In this document: one piece after another, positions 54,611-64,000 of the stretch
Layout: each line of letters opens with the position of its first letter
Numbering within the stretch: position 1 is the first letter of the stretch
Assembly (NCBI RefSeq): GCF_009914755.1
Contig: NC_060926.1
DNA length: 64,000 bases
Reading direction: 5' to 3' (one strand)
Source: the human T2T-CHM13v2.0 reference genome, Homo sapiens
Program-made: the position numbers and the translations under genes
Notes under the pieces: model-generated
The model's input: only the letters and a program-made list of their open reading frames with translations
Database searches by the model: none
Told to the model about the DNA's origin: nothing

Positions 54611-56599
54611 CAGTGGTTCTTGTGTCAGTAGTCTCATAACTTTGCAAATAAGCATACTTTTAGAAATGATTCTTGAAAGTTAACATCCCAAGCACTACTT
54701 ATATTTATTACATGTGACCATAAGCAAATGACTCTCTTGCCATTGGGCCATGTGGAATGTAGATCAGGAATAGATTTTATTATTTCCTCAGATGGAATGA
54801 TCTCTATCACTTGCTTTCACTCTGTAGTGTACACACTACAATCAACTCAGGTACCTATTAAAAAGGATATTACTCAAACCCCATGCTTTATCATATAGAT
54901 AGAAACAATTTTGCATTTTGGTAGAGTTCCTAGTTTTCTTTCATGGGATATTCAGGGCATATTCAGGGCTCTTGTGTCAATAGTTTCATAACTTTGCAAA
55001 TAATTTTTGCATAGGCCACAATTTTTGCAAAGAGAAACTTGCTACAGAACATATGGAGCTGGGATCATAGTTATACACAAGTTGGGTATCTGGTATGGAA
55101 AAATCCCTAGGAATATACAATCAGGTCCATAACTTAAGTTACAGGAAGTATTCAAATTCTGCAGATAAGGGATTGGGGAGATAGTGTAAGGAAGTTATTG
55201 TGCCTCTCTTAAAAATAATTTATCTTAGGTAGCAAACACAAGAAAAAGGCTCCACTACACATACTTTCAGGTTATACAAATGTATCCTATACTTCAACTA
55301 TAGAGAGTGCCCACAAACCATTTTCTTGACTCAAAAACTCCCTTCTTTCACCACGATTATAGTTGATTCTTATATCCTTTAAGATTGTATTCACTCCTGA
55401 GAACTGTAACTGTCCCTATTTCCATATTGGAATTCCTTTCATATAAAAATGAAGAATGCACAGGTGTCCATATAATCCGGAGTCATACATGATAATATTT
55501 TATTTTATAGATTCCAGATTTTCTTTTTAGCACTATGTAAATTTGGCAGATATTATAAATGCCCTGTGTATTATCGTAAGGGAATCTCTAGTAACTAAAT
55601 AGTATAGCAAAAAGAATGCTATTCAGAAAGAAGAATCCTAGAATAACAATCTCAGATCTGAAAGGTACCTCAAGAGTCACTTATCAAATTTCCTATCTGT
55701 TCCCTAAACATATCTATTAAATAGTTTTATGATAAGGAAATAAATACCTTAAAATTATATTACATAAAGCCTTTTAAAAATGTATTTCCTCTTATATGGT
55801 CATTCTGGCTTTCCCTTTATTGGACACTTTCTCAGAATTTTTGCCCATATTTCATTGTTTCCTTCTTTCTTCCTCTTATTTTTTTAATGAATTCATTAGT
55901 TATTAAAATTTACTGGACAGGATGCAGTGGCTCACACCTATAATATTTCAGAAAATGTTAAAGTGTCTGGTGTGCTGATACCATCTCTTCTTTCTAATGC
56001 AGCATCATTAGATTTAATTTATGAGATACGGATTTAGCTTATTCTAGATCTTTTATGTTACTTTTAGAAATGTAAAAAAAGGAACTAAAGACACATATTT
56101 GTCTACAATTTTTTCCATTGTGCACACATTTTAAAAATAAGTCTTAATAATATGAAGACATGTTTTATTTCTCAAATCCATCTATCTAACCTGTAATGTT
56201 TCAACAATTATGGAAAACTGTTTTGGTTGCTCTTCATTATACTGTCTGTTTCCAATTTATCCTAAAAATTAAAACAGCAACAACAAAATAACACTATATA
56301 CCTTTAGCATCAATTACTGGAAATATCATTAGAATTCTGATATTAAAATTGAAACTTAAATGTTAGCTAGCAATCAGTGACACCACGTAGAACCTGAGAT
56401 CAAGAGCCATTAAATGGTCTGTGAAAGACTGTTTCGTAACAAGATGATTTATGATTTTCAATGTATAATGCACTGAAATTGCATTGTATGTGTAATGTTT
56501 AATGCAGGTTCTACAAAATAATGAGTAACTTCTGGTTATATAGAATTGAATGTATGCATTTCTCTCCACTGCTTATAAAATCCCACATTAATAGTCATA

Positions 56600-59310
56600 A
56601 AGGATCAAGAATGGCATCAATTCATCAGGCCAAAAATTTTTTAAAAATGAAAATATTGGAAACAAGTGGTTTACTGAATTTTTATAAGCTAGAAAGCACA
56701 TGAACCAGTAGTAACTGACTTATATTACAGGAGAAAGAGTAAAGAAGAAATAAGCATAAGGGTTAAAAACTTTAAGTACCATAAACCCATAGGCAGGGAT
56801 GGAGACTCAAGGATAGAGACTCAAGATTATGTAAAATTCTTTTAAGGAAGTTATTAGAAAACCAGAAATCCTTCCACAGCCCACGAAATCAGTCAAATAC
56901 ACTTTTGCTCTTCTTTCAGAAGATGTTTACTCTCTGGAGAGGTTAAAAGATAGATTCTGGCTTAGGGAAAAAGAGGTCCTGCTGTGGGGAGAAGTGAGGC
57001 TGAAAACAGGATTCAGTGAAAATCTTCATACTGATGATGAGCTCCTCATACAAACACAGCTTTCCTTTTCTGAACTCCTAGAACACCAGCTTATATGTAC
57101 TAAACAGGAAACAGGAGGTTTTTGGAGAAACTAAGCAGCTCAAAAGAAAATACCTATAGGTATTCATATTTGGGAATTCCCCAATATAACAAGCTAGTCT
57201 GGTCACACTAAGTGAGGCCTAGCTGTCAACAAGCCTCTACAACAAACAGAGCTTCTAATTAGTTCCTCAGGATCTTTCTCTTTTTAGACAGCCACATTTC
57301 ACTACATATTCAGAAAAGGTCTTGTTCTGACAGAAAAACAAAAACAATTAATAGAGAACCAAACCAAAGCAACATTACTATATTTTATATTGCCAAAGAT
57401 TAGAAGATTCTAAATGCTACTAGAAACGGAGGGGGAGGATACAGATAAAGAAGCAGAATTGGAAGCTAGAAAACAGTGGAGAATAATCTTCCAATTTTGA
57501 GGGACTCAACTAATTCTCACTGAAATGTGAGACCATAATAAAAACATTTTTAGGTATAAAAATCCCCTCAAATTTACTTTCAAAGTCACCTATCTCAAAA
57601 ATCCTAGGAAAGTGTACTCAATCAAAATGAGAGAATAAAATGGGAAGAGAAAATATGGGCTCTTGAAAACTGGATCTCCAACCCAAAAGAGGTAAAGGAA
57701 TTCATAATATGAAATCAAGGGAAGTACAGAATGTCAGCTATACACAGCACTAGAAAGCAAATAATCCACATGAGAGGAGAAAGATTATGGTTTCTACTGA
57801 TGATTTCTAAAAGAAGAAAAATGTTAGTAAATCATCAGGTATGTGTGAAAGAAAAATTGTGGGTAAGCAGGTGATTTAAAAGTTGGAAATTAAATGTATG
57901 TAAATGAAACTAACATTGTTTTCAAAGAAAGCAAATATATATTTATATATATATACCTTTAGCATCAATTATAGTAAGCATATATATATGTATATATGAA
58001 GAAATGTCTCACTACACACCTATCAAGATAACTAAGATAATACATAGTGATATGACATAGTGATGGTGAGGATACAAACTGGATTACTCCATATTGCTGA
58101 CTGGAATGTAAAATGGCACAACCATTCTGGAAAACAATTTGGCAGTTTTTTAAAACACTTTGCATGCCATAATTTTGTGACTCAGCAATTACACCTCTGG
58201 CCATTTATCCCAGATGATTAAAAACTTTCATTCACACAAAACCTGTACATGAATGTTCAAAGCAGCTTTATTCGTAATAACCAAGAAGCAGAATTGTCCT
58301 GATGTCCTTCAGAGCAAGAATGGTTAAACAAACCGTGGTCCATACATACTATAGAATAATACTCAATAATTTAAAAAATAAATTATTCATGTACACATCT
58401 GGGTGAATCTCCAGGGAATTAAGCTGAGTGATTAAAGTCAATAGAAAGGTAATATACTATATGATTCAATTTATATAACATTTTCAAAAATGAAGGAAAT
58501 TTTGTGTAGAGGACAAATTAGTCATTGTCAGAAGTTAGAGAAGGGACCAGTCAGGGGGACTAGAGAGACTAGAGAGAAGCAGGCATGGTTACAAAACAGC
58601 AACATTGACTGTGGTAATGAATTGGGAGCCTACACATATGATATAGAAAATTCTGTAGAATGTAACACTCACACACACATATAGACAAATGAGTATAAGT
58701 ATAATTGGGGAAATCTGAATAAAATGGGTGGATCATCTTTAGGTGAATATACTTTTTATGATATCACACTGTTGTTTTACAAAATATTAGAATTGGGAAA
58801 AGCTGGGCAAAGCATATAATGGAACTCTCTGTTTCTTCTTAGAGCTGTATGTCATCTATAATTTTATCAATAAAATTTTCCATTTAAAAATTTAAAAATA
58901 GAAATGCAGGCATAGTTTCCTGTTAAAGTCAGCTGTGTGAAATATATCATCATAATTTAGGAGAGAGAGTGCAAAGTCATGTGAGAGCACATGTGTGTGC
59001 ATGCATGCATTCACACAGAGGGAGGTGCAAGAGTTGCATAACTCTTCCTATATGTACAATATAGGATGTTAAACAATAATACATAAAACTATAATATATT
59101 TAAGATACATGTAAGCATGTTACATAAAAATATGAAAGTAAATACCACCAATGAGATTTAAAGGAGTTAAAAGTGCTTGTCCCTAGAAAAGGGGAATCTG
59201 GGCCAGAATATTGCTGTGTTGTTTTAAGCTCCATGTTATTTTAATTTTAAAATATGTACACAAATTATTGCATTTTGTTAACATTAGAAGTTAATAAATT
59301 AAAAACATAA
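56600..59310 (+). mobile_element. HAL1-like element interrupted by L1MC1
   Basis: aaatttactttcaaagtcacctatctca...gtgtactcaatcaaaatgagaga; ggagttaaaagtgcttgtccct. Confidence 0.55.
58010..58890 (+). mobile_element. L1MC1/2-type 3' end
   Basis: actacacacctatc; ggccatttatcccaga; ttcacacaaaacctgtacatgaatgttc. Confidence 0.8.
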
Positions 59311-59814
59311 ATATTATGTAAATAGCATTGTGAAAAGGTAGAATAACAATCTAATGTTTTAAAATAAATACCTGATTAGTAAATAAATATGAATATGTGA
59401 AAATGGATTTATTACATATATGAAGCATAATCTTTCAGCAAATGCAATCTAAGTGATCAGTAAGCAATCATTTAAAATCAATAGGCTAATATTGCTTAGA
59501 GTATTACAAAAGGTTTTTTATGTATACTTGCTGGTTTCTAGACACATAGCTTTTAAAAATTCATATATAATTTACAAAGACAATTTTCTATTTGCAGATA
59601 CAATATGCTTATATTATAGATAAATGTAGACCTATATAATCTACATTTATAAATACTACAGTACTCATGTGTTTTAAAGTAAAATAACCTTAAAGGCAAA
59701 CAATAAACTTCAATATTATGAGGTTCAGCATGTTAGTCAGAGACATTGTTGCATTACTAGACTCGATTTTTACAAGTCCCACAGTCCTCAACTCCAGGAA
59801 ACCCATTATGGGTA

Positions 59815-59920
59815 ATAAGTCAGGGACTATGTCTGTTTTGCTTATCATTACAGCTCCAGGAACTGTTATCTAGAACATATTATTTCCATAACAAGTATTT
59901 ATTGACTACTTGATTCATTT
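59815..59920 (+). mobile_element. L2 tail
   Basis: cagggactatgtctgttttgcttatca...agtatttattga. Confidence 0.55.
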
Positions 59921-59998
59921 CTATACATAAAAATACTACTTCCACTTTTGCTATAATTTTAGAAAAACCAATTTTACAAATTATTCATGTGGTATTAT

Positions 59999-61570
59999 TT
60001 TTAAATCTTTAATCTTTTGAGTTGATTTTGAGTATGGTGTAAGATACGAGCCCAATTTCATTCTTTAGCCTGTAGATATCCAGTTTTTCTATTATCAAAT
60101 ATTAAACACTATCCTTTCCCCATTGTGTGTTCTTGGCACCCTTGTTAAAAATTAGCTGACTATATGGATTTTTTTTACTCTCTACTTTGTTGCATTGATC
60201 TATATGTCTGTCTTTATGTCAGTTCCATAATGTTTTAATTTCTATTGCTTTGTTATATGTTTTGAAATCAGGAAGTATGATGCCTTCAGCTTTGTTCTTC
60301 TTTCTCAAGATCATTTTGGCTATTTGGGGTCTTTTGTGGTTCTTTGTTAAATTTATATTTCTTTTTTCTATTTCTGTAAAAATGCCACGAGGATTTTGAT
60401 AGAAATTGCATGGAACCTGTATGACACTTTGGGTACTTATGGACATTTTAACAATATTAAGTCCTCTGATGCATGAACATGGGTGTCTTCCATTTATTTA
60501 TGTCTGTTTTGATTTATTTCATCAATACTTTGTAGTTTTCATTGCAAAAGTCTTTCACCTCCCTGAAATACTTAAGTATGTTATTCCTTTTGATGCTATT
60601 GTATATGAATTTTTAAAATTTCATTTTCATATCATTTATTATGTATGTATAGAAATACAGCTGAATTTTGTATGTTGGTTTTGTATCCTGCAACTTTACT
60701 GAATTTATTTGTTCTAAGAGTTTTTTTAATGGAGTCTTTAGGATTGTCTACATAAAAGATAATGTCATCTGCAAACAGAGGTAATTTTACTTCTTTTCCA
60801 ATTCAAATGCCTTTTATTTATTTTTCTTGCCTAATTGCTCTTTCCAGGACTTCCAGTACTGTGTTGAATAGACTTTGTGAGTGTGAACTTCTTTTCTGTG
60901 TTACTGGTTTCAGAGAAAAACCTTTCCATTTTTCACAGTTGAGTATGTTAGCTGTGGGTTTTTATAAGTAACCTTTATTATGTCGAGGAAATTTCCTTTT
61001 ATACCTAGTTATTGAGAGTTTTTTTAAGATCATGAAATGTACTGAATTTTGTTAAATCCCATTTCTACATCTATTCAAATGATCATGTGAGTTTTAGTCT
61101 TCGTTTTGTTAATGCGGTCCATCAAATTATAAAATTCCTAGATAGAAATATAGGGAAAATGCTTCAGGTCATTGGGCTAAGCAATAGTTTCTTGAATATG
61201 ATAGTAAAAGCACAAGCAACAAAAGTAAAATTAGACAAGTGAGACAACATCAAACTAAAAACTTCTACACAGCAAATGAACAATTAACGGAGTAAAATGG
61301 CGACCTATGGATTTAGAGGACATATTTGCAAACTATATCTTATAGGGGATCGGTATCCAAAATATGCCAAGAATTCCTAAAACCCAATCACAGAAAAGAA
61401 ATCACTTGATTTAAAAGTGGGCAGAGGGTTTAGATAGACATTTCTCCAAAGAAGACATAGAAATGGCTACCATTTCTATGAGAAGATGCTCAACATTACT
61501 AAATGTTAGGGAAATGAAAATCAAAACTGCAATTAGATATCATCTCTCACTTGTGAAGGTGGTTATTATG

Positions 61571-61610
<40 letters not shown>

Positions 61611-61715
61611 CAAAGATAACAAGTAATAAGAATGTGAAGCCATTAGAGCTATTGTACACTATTGTTTGGAATATAAACGGATGCAGCTGCTATAGAAAAC
61701 AATATGGAATGTTTC
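59999..61715 (+). mobile_element. L1MA/MB-type ORF2 fragment with a 5' inversion (59999-61124 lies on minus)
   Basis: Minus-strand atgtcatctgcaaacag (FADD motif); plus-strand aaattataaaattcctagatagaaatatagg. Confidence 0.85.
61571..61610. repeat. (TCTA)10 tetranucleotide STR
   Basis: Read directly from the sequence. Confidence 0.95.
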
Positions 61716-63284
61716 ATAGCCAACTAGAATAACCAGTATTTCTAGCACTAGTGTTTGAATAACCACTATATCGCTACAGATTTCAAGTGGAAGTCTTATA
61801 GAATACTAAAGTGGAATGTTTAATTATTTTCAATAAGCACGTAGAGCACATAGAATAAAAATTAAAGACTAGTATATTGAATTTTGCCTTTTATACCAGT
61901 TTCCCCCATGGATTGCTTTCTGCCTCATATTATATTTTATCCGATAATTATATTGGTATACCAGTGTGTATTGCTTATACTAGCTTTTCCATGGCATATT
62001 TTTACCATGTCCTTTATCCACCCTTTTGCACTGTATTATTTTGGGTGTATCACTTAAAGGGCAAACACTTACATTTATTTTCTTTTACTAATGAGAAGCT
62101 TTTTCTCTTAAAGAAATGACATTTTCTAAATAATAATAAATATCAAATTTTAATAATTATTGCTTTTGTACATCACCTTACCCTACATCACCTTTTATAA
62201 TTTAAGAAAAGTTACCATATTCCCTTCATGAAAGTTGTGCCATCATTTTATCCTGTCTCCCAGGCCTTCTCCTTCTCTTCCTAATATTTCCAAGAAAATT
62301 GACAGCTATTCAGAGATTTCATCTTCAATTTCTTTCTCAGCATTCTTGAATGGATGTTATCCAGGCCAAGAGATTTACATTTTTATAGAGCAACTAAGTG
62401 CTCTCTAAAATTATCCTTTCTAAAAATCTTCTTTCTTATCTTAGACTTCATATCACTTTTACCAATGTTGAGTCAAATTTTGTTGTTTGGGGTAGCCATT
62501 CACCTTGCCAGAAAAAGCTGAAAATTTGTATAATTTTTGATGATGTGTTAGCAATGAAGCATTATCATAAAGTAAACTGAGCATTGATTTTAGCATTTCT
62601 TGTCTTATAATAAATATAATTTAAGAGACCACTATATGTCATTTAATACTTTTTCACAAGAATCATATCATGCTAGTTTTGCTTTACAAAAGTTTTCATA
62701 GCTTGCTGCCAATTTATTATAATTACATTTAATTAGCATACTTTCTGTGTCATCTTTTATGTATTTTATTACAATACCTTCAATGACTGGCTCCTTAAAT
62801 ACTATTACTGTTTTTTTCTTTCTTAAGATTATTTGTGATCACCTCTTTAGAATTTTATTTCTTAAAGTAATCCATTATCATTAATATGTTTCCTATTAAT
62901 TAATTCTATGTTGTCCCATAAATGAGTAAATTTCAGTAAGCATTTTGTTTTTATTTATCTCTATTAAGTTAAAGTTTTTAAAAAAACTTTTCCTGTTGAA
63001 GGCTGTTTATTCGACTAGACCAAAGTAAGCATCCTCAACAATAATAAATTTTAAGAGTTTAGATTGAATTTATGTTAGATTTTCTGTCATTTCAACTTCC
63101 CTGCCAGTTACTTTTCATTGGCTGGAATTAAGTATAGAATAATCCCTCTCATAATTCTCTCTAGCTTCTAAGAGATTAAATTGACTGTAAGGCAAGCCAA
63201 GCATTTGCCAGACTCAGCTTTTAATAGAATTAGTTCTGTGGAAAGTCTGAAAAGATTAAATCATCCTTTTTTATTATATTGTCA

Positions 63285-63440
63285 GTTTCTTAAACTCTAT
63301 GAGCTTCTGTTTCCTTATCTGTAATACAGAGGTAGTAATATTTTCTCTTGCTTGTGTATTTTCCATTTATTTCAAAGAATAAATGAACCCAAAAATATTG
63401 AGATATTTTGAAAATCTTTAAAAATGCTTTCAACATGCTG
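63285..63440 (+). mobile_element. MIR
   Basis: ttaaactctatgagcttctgtttccttatctgtaatacagagg. Confidence 0.65.
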
Positions 63441-63693
63441 TAAGAATTTTATTTTATGTAAGCATTTTGAAAAATAGTTTTGCTTCTTCTAGCCACAAAT
63501 CACACAGGATTATGACTCCTTTTATTTATTTCATCATGTGGAACACACTTAAATAGATAGGTTATCAAACAGATAATTTGCTTTAATATCTATCATATAA
63601 CTATTCACACATAATTAGACTGATTCAATAGTTAACTAATGAATACAATGAGTCAATCTAAGTAATTTATTCAGAATTTAATGCCTACTCTGC

Positions 63694-64000
63694 ATGGTAG
63701 AAACAATATATCTCCCCAAAGATGTCCATTTCCTAATGGCCAGAAGATATGTTAGGTTACATGGCAAAGGGGAATAAAGTTGAACATGAAATTAAGGTTG
63801 ATTAGGAACTGATCTTAAAGTAAGGAGATTATCCTAAATTATACAGGTAGACCCAAAGTAATCACAAGAGATCTTAAAAATGGAAGAGGAAGGTGGATGG
63901 AGGAGTTGCAGTCAGAGATACAATGTGAAAACAACTTGGCCCACTATTGCTGGCTGGAGGAAGCTGGTTGGATGGAATAAGAATACCATGGGTCAGGGAA
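63694..64000 (+). mobile_element. MLT1D-type MaLR LTR, 5' part (runs off the window)
   Basis: ccccaaagatgtccatttcctaat; atatgttaggttacatggcaaagggg; ggagattatcc. Confidence 0.85.

Overview
This is primate (human-like) genomic DNA that is visibly AT-rich and CpG-poor, with no CpG island, tRNA or rRNA gene, and no host protein-coding gene I can recognise. It is typical of a gene desert or very large intron. The ORF track is explained by L1 ORF2 remnants, Alu/LTR read-through, microsatellites and chance ORFs. Most of the window is layered transposon fossils: L1PA3 to L1ME, HAL1, L2, MIR, AluY/S/J, MaLR and ERVL LTRs, Tigger and hAT. Subfamily names come from my recall of consensus sequences, not from a database run. 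I cannot support a new biological system. The most interesting signals are mechanistic: (1) five 5'-inverted (twin-primed) L1 insertions, three with breakpoints in the same short ORF2 stretch; (2) two L1 3' transductions bounded by target-site duplications (TSDs); (3) an L1PA5/6 chimera carrying a ~150-bp templated L1MA insert at its inversion junction; (4) a probable very ancient RTE/L4-like reverse-transcriptase fossil at ~7.8-8.5 kb; (5) several template-switch scars and a few unconfirmed + strand exon-like segments.
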